From Candidatus Kuenenbacteria bacterium (lineage in GTDB: Bacteria; Patescibacteriota; Patescibacteriia; UBA2196; GWA2-42-15): DNA of 60,339 bases. A program made the position numbers and the translations under genes. Of this stretch, positions 35,550 to 44,468 are shown one piece after another. Location of the stretch: NCBI GenBank assembly GCA_012797775.1, contig JAAZOM010000023.1:1-60339 (forward strand), in the 5' to 3' direction. Numbering within the stretch: position 1 is the stretch's first letter; every line of letters begins with the position of its first letter. The notes beneath the pieces are model-generated. The model was not told where the DNA came from, searched no databases, and saw only the letters and a program-made list of their open reading frames with translations.

Positions 35550-37610
35550 TTATAGTCCCAGCTTATAAACAAACTTTTCTGTCAAAATATAGAGTTCTTT
35601 TTCATTGGCGCTGGGGATGGCAGAAATTATTTTGTCCAGATTGTCTCCCAGTATTTGTCTTCGCACCTTGCCTTGTTTGTCTGCTATGGTTATCCTGTTT
35701 TTTTCTTTATCCACGAGGTAGAGCAAGTTCAACGCATCGTTGGTATAAATGGTAGTCTGGCTGCTCAGCGGCTCGTAGAGACCAGCTAAGTTGAAGTTTT
35801 CTTTTTTGCCCTTGAAAAGCTTACTCACCTCGCCATTGGCGGAGCTGATCCAAACATTGCCATCAACCATTATCGCTGTATTCCCAGACACTGATACCTC
35901 TTGCTTCAGCCACGCCGCCGGTGTTTCATAGTTATTATTATTATAGTTTGCGCTATAGATATTTTTTTCTCCAAGAATATAAAGTTTTTTATTATAAATA
36001 TTTGTGGACACGACCTTGTCGTTTGCCGGCGCGGGCAATATTTTTTTCTGTGGCGCGCCTTGCCCTTTGTCCAGGAAAAACATCTCTGCGCCATCACCAT
36101 ACAATACCAGCTGTCTATTATCAAAAACAGTTGCTTTGCCCAAACCGGCTGCTACACTGGTAGTTTGTGAAATAGAACCATCTTTGGTATTTATTTTATA
36201 AACACCCTCGCCACCGGCAAAATAGAGATTGCCCTCAATTATTACCGCGTTGCTGCCAACCGTCACGTTTTCCGGTATTTGGGTAAAGGGGGCGTCCTTA
36301 TTTATTTTTTCCAAGCGATAAATTTTATTTTTGGCAGCTTCTATTTGCCCCGACAGCTCATTGTAAGCCGCTTTGGCGCCCTCACTATCATCTTTGCCAA
36401 GCTCTGCCAAAATTCCTTGCACCTCTTGGAATAATTCTTGAGCCTTATTTTCATCTTTATAGATCAGGGCGGCCTCTATTGAATTTATTTTATCTTTGAT
36501 TTCGTTTGCTGCTAGCTCTATTTTTTTATTTTCCGCGCTCTCAGCTCTTTTATTGCTGATTATTTTTAGGCTGCCAACAAAAGCCAGGGCGATTATAATG
36601 ATAAAAATAACCAAACGATATTCTTTGGCGCCAAATTTTTTGAGCCAATTGCCTTGTGTGGCAAAACGGTCTTTGCCAAAACCGAGATTTGCCGTGTGGG
36701 TTTCCTCCTTATCTTTTTCCGGGGCTTCTTTGCTCTTGAATTTTTGAGCTGATAGATCTTTTATTTTTTTTATCACATATTGCCAGGCGCTATTGACGGC
36801 TGATTTTATTTCCAAGGCAATTTTCTGTACTGTTTGAGCCAAAGAACCCCTCTCTCTTTGCTGTAGGGTACCTGGCGAGTCAAATCCTTGTAGTATATTT
36901 ACTGGCGCCGCCTCGGCTGTTTCCCTATCGTTTTTATTCGGGCTGATTATTTTGGCCACTATTGTGCTAAAATCAGCCGCCACCTTGTAATCCACCAGTG
37001 TATTTTTTAGAAAGGCACAGGCCTGCGTCGGTGCTAGGGTTGTTATGGTTTTTTTGATTTTATCTTCAGCAAAATAATCAAAGATTGTAGCGTTGGAAAA
37101 CATCACAATGTCATCTTTTTCTAGTTGGCCGGAAATAATCTGGCTCATTATTTTTTTTGGAGTAACTGCTTTTTTGTTTTCACTCTCTGAGCCAGAGATG
37201 TCGTGTATTTTTCCATCACGGACCAGCCAGGCTCTCATATTGTTATAACTACTCAAGGCCAACCTATTTTCTTGGATCGTAGCCATGAGCATATTTATTC
37301 TCTCTTTCAGCCATTGCCAATTTTTTTGGCTGATCTCCATTATGTTCTCATTAAAATATTGGCAAGTTGTTTCTAGCGCCGCCTCGGAATTTTTAGTCGG
37401 GGAGTGATAATAATATTCACTCAACTCCTGGACAATTTGGTTTAATATCGCGGGAACTTTTTTCTCTTTGGATTTTATTTCAGCAATAATAAAAAGTTGT
37501 CCAAGCCCACTACCAAGAGAGAGGTCTGTGGGCGCGATATAGACGTGCGAACAGCCGCCACCCTTGGGATTTTTTATAGTCAGCTTGTCCGCCTTGGTTT
37601 GGTAGTTCAT
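35550..37610 (-). CDS. Hypothetical 686-aa bitopic membrane protein (cytoplasmic domain, TM, coiled coil, repeat-rich extracellular domain)
   Basis: One central TM (YRLVIFIIIIALAFVGSLKII) followed by a long helical segment. The C-terminal part has recurring aromatic/Gly patterns suggestive of a beta-propeller. Confidence 0.6.
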   Translation of the reverse strand: MNYQTKADKLTIKNPKGGGCSHVYIAPTDLSLGSGLGQLFIIAEIKSKEKKVPAILNQIVQELSEYYYHSPTKNSEAALETTCQYFNENIMEISQKNWQWLKERINMLMATIQENRLALSSYNNMRAWLVRDGKIHDISGSESENKKAVTPKKIMSQIISGQLEKDDIVMFSNATIFDYFAEDKIKKTITTLAPTQACAFLKNTLVDYKVAADFSTIVAKIISPNKNDRETAEAAPVNILQGFDSPGTLQQRERGSLAQTVQKIALEIKSAVNSAWQYVIKKIKDLSAQKFKSKEAPEKDKEETHTANLGFGKDRFATQGNWLKKFGAKEYRLVIFIIIIALAFVGSLKIISNKRAESAENKKIELAANEIKDKINSIEAALIYKDENKAQELFQEVQGILAELGKDDSEGAKAAYNELSGQIEAAKNKIYRLEKINKDAPFTQIPENVTVGSNAVIIEGNLYFAGGEGVYKINTKDGSISQTTSVAAGLGKATVFDNRQLVLYGDGAEMFFLDKGQGAPQKKILPAPANDKVVSTNIYNKKLYILGEKNIYSANYNNNNYETPAAWLKQEVSVSGNTAIMVDGNVWISSANGEVSKLFKGKKENFNLAGLYEPLSSQTTIYTNDALNLLYLVDKEKNRITIADKQGKVRRQILGDNLDKIISAIPSANEKELYILTEKFVYKLGL

Positions 37611-37736
37611 ATTTTATTTTTTAGGAGTATTTATTTATATTTAGTATAGCAATTTTTTGATTTTACAACAAACCTATAATATATTATAATGTTATCATAT
37701 TCTTAATTCTTTTTTAAGCCAATTTTATTGCCTTTT

Positions 37737-38339
37737 ATGTTGGAAAATCTATTTGGTTCGAAAACTAGAGTCAAGCTTTTAAATCTGTTTTTTGACAATC
37801 CCGATAGCTGTTTTTATATCAGGGGCATCAGCCGTGATCTTCGCGAGAACATAAATTCTATCCGCCGTGAAATTATCAATCTGGAAAATATGGAAATCAT
37901 AAAATCAGTGCCACTGGAGACGCTTGATTTGCCCGAGGACGAATTGGCCAAAGAGACCCAAGAAAAGAGAAAATATTATCAGGTCAACAAAGATCATCTT
38001 CTTTATCAGGAGCTTTTGAATCTGATTATGCACGCCCGCGTCTTGGCCGACAAAGCCCTGCTCGATAAAATTAAATTGGAAAAGGGGATTCGACTCTTGG
38101 TCCTTAGCGGCATTTTTGTCGGCAATCCTCATGCCAGGACTGACATTCTCATTATGGGCAATGTGGATAAAAACAAAATCAAACGCCTCATGAGCAGCAT
38201 GGAAAGGAATTTTGAATACCCCTTGCGTTATTCCATTATGAGCCAGCGCGAGTTTGATTACCGCAATTCTATGACTGATAAATTTCTCTTCGAGATAATG
38301 GAAAACAAGAAGATTATCGTCGTTGATCGGAGAAAATAA
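37737..38339 (+). CDS. Putative winged-helix transcriptional regulator
   Basis: The MLENLFGSKTRVKLLNLFF N-terminus is typical of ArsR-like wHTH proteins common in CPR (from memory). ATG 37737 is preferred over TTG 37728. Confidence 0.55.
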   Translation: MLENLFGSKTRVKLLNLFFDNPDSCFYIRGISRDLRENINSIRREIINLENMEIIKSVPLETLDLPEDELAKETQEKRKYYQVNKDHLLYQELLNLIMHARVLADKALLDKIKLEKGIRLLVLSGIFVGNPHARTDILIMGNVDKNKIKRLMSSMERNFEYPLRYSIMSQREFDYRNSMTDKFLFEIMENKKIIVVDRRK

Positions 38340-38378
38340 TGCCTGATTATTTAAAATATTTTTGGCGAATAAAATATC

Positions 38379-38409
38379 AAGATATTAAATATTGAATATT
38401 CAATATCTG
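38379..38409. repeat. Palindromic heptamer array
   Basis: AAGATATTAAATATTGAATATTCAATATCTG, with the units TTAAATA TTGAATA TTCAATA. The first 22 nt are identical to 44362-44383. Confidence 0.6.
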
Positions 38410-38466
38410 CGTGGTTTCATCTCTGTTCACTCAATTCCCCAATCTTTTCAGTTTATCTTACTAACA

Positions 38467-38493
38467 AAGCGCTAAGGCAACATAGCGCTTTTA
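38467..38493 (+). terminator. Hairpin terminator
   Basis: AAGCGCTA-AGGCAACA-TAGCGCTT followed by TTATT. Confidence 0.5.
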
Positions 38494-38502
38494 TTCTCTA
38501 AT

Positions 38503-39183
38503 ATGGAAAAGATAAATCTTACCCAATTTATTTCCAATTCCGGTTTGTGCTCTCGGCGTCAGGCCGAGGAGCTGATTCGTAGGGGAGAGGTTAGGGTTAA
38601 TGGCCGCTTGGCCGTTTTGGGCCTAAAAATTGATCCCCAAAAAGACAAGATAGAAGCTAATGGCCAATTGATCAAACCAGCCGAGAAGAAAGTTTATTAT
38701 CTAGTCAATAAGCCCATTGGCTATACTTGTACAGTAAAAGATATCCACGCCGAGAAAAAAGTTATTGATCTGGTGCCCCCATTTCCAAGAGTCTGGCCAG
38801 TCGGCCGCCTGGACAGAGACAGTCGGGGCTTGATTATCCTCACCAATGATGGAGATTTGACTTACAAATTAACTCATCCCAAGTTTGAGCACCCCAAAGA
38901 ATATTTGGTTACTCTGAACAAACCAATTACTCCAGAGTTGTTGTTAAAACTAAAACAAGGTGTTAAATTGGAAGAAGGGCTGGCCAAAGTTGATTCTATG
39001 AAGCAAGTTAGCCCGACCAAGTTATCAATTACCATTCACCAAGGCTGGAAACGTCAGATCCGTCGCATGGTTGAAGCGGGCGGTTATAAAGTTGTAGATT
39101 TAGTTAGGGTGAGAATTGGCAAGATAAAACTGGGGGAATTGAAGGAGGGAAAATACAAAGAATTAAAAGAAGTTTTACCTTGA
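38503..39183 (+). CDS. rRNA pseudouridine synthase, RsuA/RluB family
   Basis: S4 domain (LCSRRQAEELIRRGEV) and the catalytic GRLDRDSRGLIILTND. Confidence 0.85.
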   Translation: MEKINLTQFISNSGLCSRRQAEELIRRGEVRVNGRLAVLGLKIDPQKDKIEANGQLIKPAEKKVYYLVNKPIGYTCTVKDIHAEKKVIDLVPPFPRVWPVGRLDRDSRGLIILTNDGDLTYKLTHPKFEHPKEYLVTLNKPITPELLLKLKQGVKLEEGLAKVDSMKQVSPTKLSITIHQGWKRQIRRMVEAGGYKVVDLVRVRIGKIKLGELKEGKYKELKEVLP

Positions 39184-39196
39184 ACAAGGTGAAAGG

Positions 39197-39247
39197 TCCC
39201 GTGGTGAGGGGCGTTTGCGACGGGATCCCTCGCTCCGCTCAGGATAA
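39197..39247. repeat. GC-rich double-hairpin spacer element
   Basis: TCCCGT...ACGGGA and ATCCCTCGCTCCGCTCAGGAT. The reverse complement of 39225-39247 matches 59365-59387 inside tgt at 21 of 23 positions. Confidence 0.55.
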
Positions 39248-39258
39248 AATAAATATTT

Positions 39259-39681
39259 ATGAAATTAAGAATTAAAAAATTAAAAACAGAAGCCGTTATC
39301 CCACACTACGCTCACCCCGGCGATGTTGGCCTAGATTTATTTTCTTTAGAAGATTATGATTTAAAACCTGGCGAGCGGCATGTTTTTGATTTGGGTTTTG
39401 CTTTGGAATTTGAAACCGGCTACGCTGCCATTGTTAAGGATAAAAGCGGTTTACCAAAGAAAGCCGGCTTACACACCATGGGTGGGGTTTTTGACGCCGG
39501 ATACAGGGGTGAATACAATGTTCAGCTAATCAATCTTGGTCAAGAAACTTATCAAATTAAAGCCGGTGACAAGCTCGCCCAATTGGTTATTTTTCCCGTG
39601 GTTATTGCCGATTTGGAAGAAACCGATGAATTGTCGGATTCGGAGAGAGGTGAGGGGAGATTTGGGTCAACAGGCAGATAA
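39259..39681 (+). CDS. dut: dUTP diphosphatase
   Basis: GVFDAGYRGE and the C-terminal RGEGRFGSTG. Confidence 0.9.
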   Translation: MKLRIKKLKTEAVIPHYAHPGDVGLDLFSLEDYDLKPGERHVFDLGFALEFETGYAAIVKDKSGLPKKAGLHTMGGVFDAGYRGEYNVQLINLGQETYQIKAGDKLAQLVIFPVVIADLEETDELSDSERGEGRFGSTGR

Positions 39682-39686
39682 AAGTT

Positions 39687-40073
39687 ATGAAACGCGTCAT
39701 CGCCGCTATTATTAAAAATTCAGGAAACAAATATCTTTTGGTCTCTTCCAAAAGAGATTTTGGTCAATTTAGTCGCTATTATTATCCCCCGGCTGGAAAA
39801 GTAGAAGTAGGGGAAAATGATTTTGAGTGTCTGAGAAGAGAATTGCGAGAAGAGCTTGGCTTAGAGCTCTTATCAGTCAAATTCATTACCGAAACACCGG
39901 GTGATATTCAGAATCAAACCACGGCTTGGTATGAATGCCATATTGACGACTATGAATTAAAAATAAATGAAGAAGAGTTATCAACGGCTGGCTATTTTAG
40001 TTTAGAAGAAATGAGACAATTAGATCTTTGGCCAGCCACTAAAAAGTTTTTTGAGAAATATATTTTAGATTAA
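39687..40073 (+). CDS. NUDIX hydrolase
   Basis: Nudix box GKVEVGENDFECLRRELREELGL. Confidence 0.75.
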   Translation: MKRVIAAIIKNSGNKYLLVSSKRDFGQFSRYYYPPAGKVEVGENDFECLRRELREELGLELLSVKFITETPGDIQNQTTAWYECHIDDYELKINEEELSTAGYFSLEEMRQLDLWPATKKFFEKYILD

Positions 40074-40092
40074 AAAATTTAAAATTGTTATT

Positions 40093-40965
40093 ATGCGCAC
40101 GTACTTAGATATTGTTCAAAAAATTATTACCGAAGGAAAATTGAAGGAAAACCGCACTGGTATTTCTGCCGTCTCCATTGCTGGTGCCATGTTTGAGCAC
40201 GACATGAGTCTGGGCTTTCCCTTGCTTACTACCAAAAAAGTACCTTTTCGCTTGGTCGCGAGCGAATTGGAATTTTTTATCAAAGGCATTACTGACAAAA
40301 AGTGGCTGCAAGACAGGAATAATCATATTTGGGATGAATGGTGCACACCCTTAAAAATTCCTTATGGTCATGATGAAGAAACCAAAAATAAAATGTTGGC
40401 CGAGCGCGACCTGGGTACAATTTACGGTTGGGAGTGGCGGCATTTCGGCGCTGAGTACAAAACTTACGACACCGATTATACTGGGCAAGGCGTTGATCAA
40501 CTCAAAAAAATGGTTGATACCCTAAAAACCGATCCTACTAGCCGGCGGATGTTAGTTTTAGCTTGGAATCCTTTGGATATAAATAAAGCCGTGCCGCCGT
40601 ATTGTCACTATGGTTTTCAAGTTACGGTTATCGATGGTAAATTAAATCTACTCTGGAACCAGCGTTCAGTGGACACGATGCTCGGATTGCCTTTCAATAT
40701 TGCCAGTTACGCCCTGCTTTTACACTTGCTCGCGAAAGAAGCCAATTTAAAAGAAGGCAAGTTGGTCGGCTTTCTGGCTGATGTGCATATTTATCAAAAT
40801 CATCTTGCTGGAGCGAAAGAACAATTATCCCGCGATCCACAAAAGTATCCATTACCGACCATTAAAACCAACAATTTTCAATCAATTTTTGACTGGCAAT
40901 ATACTGACACTGAAGTTATTGGCTATGAGAGTTACCCGACGATAAAATTTGATATTGCTGTGTAG
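40093..40965 (+). CDS. thyA: Thymidylate synthase (ThyA)
   Basis: NRTG, LAWNP, PPYCHYGFQ (catalytic Cys) and WNQRSVD. Confidence 0.92.
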   Translation: MRTYLDIVQKIITEGKLKENRTGISAVSIAGAMFEHDMSLGFPLLTTKKVPFRLVASELEFFIKGITDKKWLQDRNNHIWDEWCTPLKIPYGHDEETKNKMLAERDLGTIYGWEWRHFGAEYKTYDTDYTGQGVDQLKKMVDTLKTDPTSRRMLVLAWNPLDINKAVPPYCHYGFQVTVIDGKLNLLWNQRSVDTMLGLPFNIASYALLLHLLAKEANLKEGKLVGFLADVHIYQNHLAGAKEQLSRDPQKYPLPTIKTNNFQSIFDWQYTDTEVIGYESYPTIKFDIAV

Positions 40966-41156
40966 GGGATAATAATCAAGGCCCCTACCTCGCCGGCAGG
41001 CGGGCAAGATGCAATTTCCAAATAAGCATCAAGCTCCAAATTCAAAGCACAAAATAAATTTCAAGCATCAATATTCAAATAAATAATTGCTATTCTGAGT
41101 TTTGTTGATTGAGTTTTAAAATTAAGATTTATTTAAAAATTAAAAATTAAAAAATT
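40966..41156. repeat. Composite spacer with a GC hairpin core followed by about 150 nt of degenerate heptamer words
   Basis: CCCCTACCTCGCCGGCAGGCGGGCAAGAT, then ...GCATCAA GCTCCAA ATTCAAA GCACAAA..., then ATTTAAA AATTAAA AATTAAA. It shares words with the cysS and GT insertions. Confidence 0.55.
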
Positions 41157-41666
41157 ATGAAATTGGTCTTAATGATGGCCATCACCCTCGATGGTAAGAT
41201 CGCCAAACATTCCACCCAGCTGGCCGACTGGACTTCCCAAGCTGACAAAAAAATATTTGTCGAGGAAACCAAAAATGCCGGCGTGATTATCATGGGTAAA
41301 ACGACCTATGAAACTATTGGCAAGCCTTTGCCCGGCCGGCTAAATATTGTTTTGGACAAAAATCCGGACACCAGCAAAAATATTGCCGGCTCTTTGGAAT
41401 ATACCAATTTAGCACCCCAAGAATTGCTGGCTGATTTATCTGCCCGTGGTTTTGAGAAAGTTATTCTCGGCGGCGGCGCCACGATCAATGGTTTGTTTCT
41501 CAAAGAAAATTTAATCGATGAAATCTGGCTGACTATTGAGCCAAAAATTTTTGGCGAGGGCCTCTCGCTCTTCAAAGACGCGGATGTTGATTTGGAGTTG
41601 GAATTATTAGAAGTCAGAAATTTGTACAAAAATGTGATACAAGTCAGATATAAAGTTGCTAAATAG
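41157..41666 (+). CDS. Dihydrofolate reductase-like protein (RibD C-terminal domain family)
   Basis: MAITLDGKIA, GKTTYE and ILGGGATING. It lies downstream of thyA. Confidence 0.7.
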   Translation: MKLVLMMAITLDGKIAKHSTQLADWTSQADKKIFVEETKNAGVIIMGKTTYETIGKPLPGRLNIVLDKNPDTSKNIAGSLEYTNLAPQELLADLSARGFEKVILGGGATINGLFLKENLIDEIWLTIEPKIFGEGLSLFKDADVDLELELLEVRNLYKNVIQVRYKVAK

Positions 41667-41667
41667 T

Positions 41668-42438
41668 ATGGAAAAGATTTTTATCCAAAATCGCAAAAAT
41701 CAAAAACTCGCTGTTCTTATCGACCAACCGGAAAATCCCAAGGGCCTAGCTTTTATCATGCATGGACTTGGAGGCCGCAAAGAACAACCACACATAATGA
41801 CATTTGCCCAGAGTTTCCAAGATGCTGGTTATATCGTAGTTAGATTTGATACCACCAATACTTTCGGTGAAAGCGATGGCAACTATGAAGACGCGACTAT
41901 TACCAATTATTATCAAGATCTGGAAGACGTTATTAACTGGTCTAGTTCACAAACTTGTTATATAGAACCATTTGTTTTAGTCGGCCACAGCTTGGGCGGC
42001 ATCAGTATCGCCCTTTATGCTGAAAAATATCCAGCAAGAATCAAAGGACTGGCTCCCATATCAACCGTTGTATCATATGAACTTAGTTGTGCGACCCAGA
42101 AATACAAAGAAACAATAGATGAATGGCAGAAAACAGGCTGGCGAGTCACCGAGAGCTCCTCGCAACCTGGCCTGATAAAAAGACTAAAATGGTCTCATAT
42201 GGTCGATCGGGCTAAATATGATTTATTGCCAGAGGCAAATAAGCTAACAATGCCAGTTTTAATGGCCGTCGGCGATCAAGATGACAGCACCCCGTTGGAG
42301 CATCAGAAAATATTATACGACGCCCTCAATTGCCCCAAGGAATTTCATATTATTCCCTGTGCGCCACACACATTCAAGGATCCCAAACACCTTAAAGAGC
42401 TGAAAGAAATTTTTGATCAGTGGGTTAAAAAGATTTAG
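41668..42438 (+). CDS. Alpha/beta hydrolase
   Basis: GHSLGG nucleophile elbow and C-terminal Asp/His positions. ATG 41668 is preferred. Confidence 0.7.
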   Translation: MEKIFIQNRKNQKLAVLIDQPENPKGLAFIMHGLGGRKEQPHIMTFAQSFQDAGYIVVRFDTTNTFGESDGNYEDATITNYYQDLEDVINWSSSQTCYIEPFVLVGHSLGGISIALYAEKYPARIKGLAPISTVVSYELSCATQKYKETIDEWQKTGWRVTESSSQPGLIKRLKWSHMVDRAKYDLLPEANKLTMPVLMAVGDQDDSTPLEHQKILYDALNCPKEFHIIPCAPHTFKDPKHLKELKEIFDQWVKKI

Positions 42439-42442
42439 AAAC

Positions 42443-43138
42443 ATGTATTATCTCCTCGCCATTTTAATCCTTTGGTTGATCCTCATCCTTGCCGGTGACT
42501 GGCTAGCTTGTCGTTCAAAGCTAACCAAAGCCGATTGCCTTATTTGTTTATCTGGCACGCGTGGCCGTATAAAATTCGCTGAAGACAAAATCAAAGCCGT
42601 TCAAAAAATATTCACGGCTGGTTATACTAAAAATATTATTTTTACTTCATTTTTTGCGTTTAAGGTAAATGGCGACTATAAACCGATTGGACCAGAAGAA
42701 ATAAATTATATAAATAAAGCTGTCACTGAAGGGAGAGTTACTCCAGCTTACGCCGAATTAATAATCAAGAATGGTGATTTTAATCTGGGCGCTATTGGTA
42801 TGCGTGATAGAGCATTATCGGCCGGTATTCCTATGGAAAACACTTTTTTGTGCCCTTGGTCTTTAAATACCAAAGAAGAAGCCCTCGCTGTTTTTGAATT
42901 ATGTCAATCAAAAGGCTGGCAAAGCGCGATTCTTTTAACTGCTCCTTTTCATCAAAAACGCGCTTATCTTACTTTTAAAGCTTTCGCGCCAACCAATTTT
43001 AAGCTTATTAGTTATTCAGCCGAAACGAGTGAATGGCCACGCTTTTTCTGGTTTTTAAAATTAGCAAATTTAAAATTATTTTTTAACGAGACTATTAAAA
43101 TTATTAAATATAGTCGGCAAAGAAAAAATAAAAAGTAA
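42443..43138 (+). CDS. Membrane-anchored DUF218/YdcF-like protein
   Basis: N-terminal TM and an overall resemblance to the ElyC/YdcF fold (weak, from memory). ATG 42443. Confidence 0.45.
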   Translation: MYYLLAILILWLILILAGDWLACRSKLTKADCLICLSGTRGRIKFAEDKIKAVQKIFTAGYTKNIIFTSFFAFKVNGDYKPIGPEEINYINKAVTEGRVTPAYAELIIKNGDFNLGAIGMRDRALSAGIPMENTFLCPWSLNTKEEALAVFELCQSKGWQSAILLTAPFHQKRAYLTFKAFAPTNFKLISYSAETSEWPRFFWFLKLANLKLFFNETIKIIKYSRQRKNKK

Positions 43139-43187
43139 TCGTTCCTTTATCTGTAAATTAGTAAGAGATTAGTAAATTCGTAGATTT

Positions 43188-44333
43188 ATGAAAATTGCTC
43201 ACCTAATCTGTAAATTTCCCCCCTACCGTGGCGGCATGGGCAATGTCGCATATGAGCAGGTAAAACGCCTGGCCGAAATGGGCCACGAGGTGACGGTTTT
43301 TACTTTGGATCAAAAAGAAAAATTAGACCCTCAAACTATTAATTTTAAAATAGAATATTTAAATCCCTTATTACGCCTGGGTAATGGCGGTTTTTGTCCA
43401 CAGATTATTAAAAAGCTAAAAGACTTTGATGTTATTCAATTACATTATCCATTTTTTGGCGTGCAGGAAGTTTTGTGGCTGGGTAAAAAATTGGGTTTAA
43501 TTAAAGCCAAATTAGTTATTACTTACCACATGGATGCCAGCTTCGATAATTGGTTTTTGAAATTATTAAGTTTTAAATCATGGTTGATTCGCCGCAGTTT
43601 ATTCAAAATAGCCAAGCAGGTTTGCTCGGCTTCACTAGATTATGTCAGGCATTCCAAGATAAAAAATATTTACCATAAATACCAAGATAAATTTGTAGAA
43701 ATTCCTTTTGGGATCAGCCACTCGCCAGATCAAATAAGCCGCGAGAGATTGGAAAAAGTAAAACAGCAAATTCATTGGCAGGGTGGAGAAAAAAATATTT
43801 TATTTGTCGGCAATCTGGATCGCGCTCATTATTTCAAAGGTGTTGATATTTTACTAAAAGCATTTTACAAGTTACAGGTTACAAGTTACAAGTTGCTAAT
43901 TATTGGCGACGGTGATCTCCGTTTCACTTACGAAAAGCAAGCAGAAGAATTAAAAATTTCCGATCGTGTTTATTTTGCCGGTCGTGTTTCTGATGAAGAT
44001 TTACCTTGTTATTATTATCTTTCTGACGTAGTTGTCCTGCCGTCAATCACCAAAGCCGAGGCTTTTGGACTGGTTTTGGCCGAAGCCGAGAGTTTTGGCA
44101 AACCAGTTATCGCTTCCGACTTGCCCGGCGTCAGGAGTGTGGTGGGTGAGGCAGGTTTATTAGCAAAGCCTGGCGATATTGACGATTTGGCTGAAAAGCT
44201 TAAAATAATTTTATCCAATGAAAATCTGCGTCAGCAATTTTCTGCTGCCGGTTTGAACCAAGTCAAAGCAAAGTATAATTGGGATGAACATGTTGAAAAA
44301 CTTAACCAACTATATAAGAAAACGGGGGAGTAG
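43188..44333 (+). CDS. Glycosyltransferase family 4 (GT-B)
   Basis: C-terminal E..FG.V..EA motif (EAFGLVLAEAESFGKPVIASD) and an N-terminal Gly-rich loop. Confidence 0.8.
   Translation: MKIAHLICKFPPYRGGMGNVAYEQVKRLAEMGHEVTVFTLDQKEKLDPQTINFKIEYLNPLLRLGNGGFCPQIIKKLKDFDVIQLHYPFFGVQEVLWLGKKLGLIKAKLVITYHMDASFDNWFLKLLSFKSWLIRRSLFKIAKQVCSASLDYVRHSKIKNIYHKYQDKFVEIPFGISHSPDQISRERLEKVKQQIHWQGGEKNILFVGNLDRAHYFKGVDILLKAFYKLQVTSYKLLIIGDGDLRFTYEKQAEELKISDRVYFAGRVSDEDLPCYYYLSDVVVLPSITKAEAFGLVLAEAESFGKPVIASDLPGVRSVVGEAGLLAKPGDIDDLAEKLKIILSNENLRQQFSAAGLNQVKAKYNWDEHVEKLNQLYKKTGE
43865..43896. repeat. In-frame heptamer array inside the GT4 gene
   Basis: TTACAAG TTACAGG TTACAAG TTACAAG TTGC, encoding YKLQVTSYKLL. 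Confidence 0.6.
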
Positions 44334-44361
44334 AAGCCAGCCTAACAATTTATTTTTGATG

Positions 44362-44407
44362 AAGATATTAAATATTGAATATTAAATATTTAATATTCAA
44401 TATCCTG
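44362..44407. repeat. Palindromic heptamer array, the longer allele of the 38379 element
   Basis: Same ends as 38379-38409 with an extra AAATATTTAATATT (14 nt, two units) at 44384-44397. Confidence 0.6.
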
Positions 44408-44468
44408 GTGTTCAAAAAATTGCAGTAATCTAATTAATGGTCCCCTGGTGAATAACTTTTAATATAAT

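Noticed and set aside
35048-35572. 174-aa minus-strand ORF overlapping rplL
   Set aside because: It is a low-complexity Ala/Ser/Pro mirror of the rplL hinge and C-terminal-domain coding sequence. This is a classic antisense shadow ORF inside a highly conserved gene.
44362-44407. AT-rich repeats considered as a CRISPR array
   Set aside because: The repeat period is 7 nt with no unique spacers, the arrays are under 50 nt, and no cas genes are present anywhere in the window.
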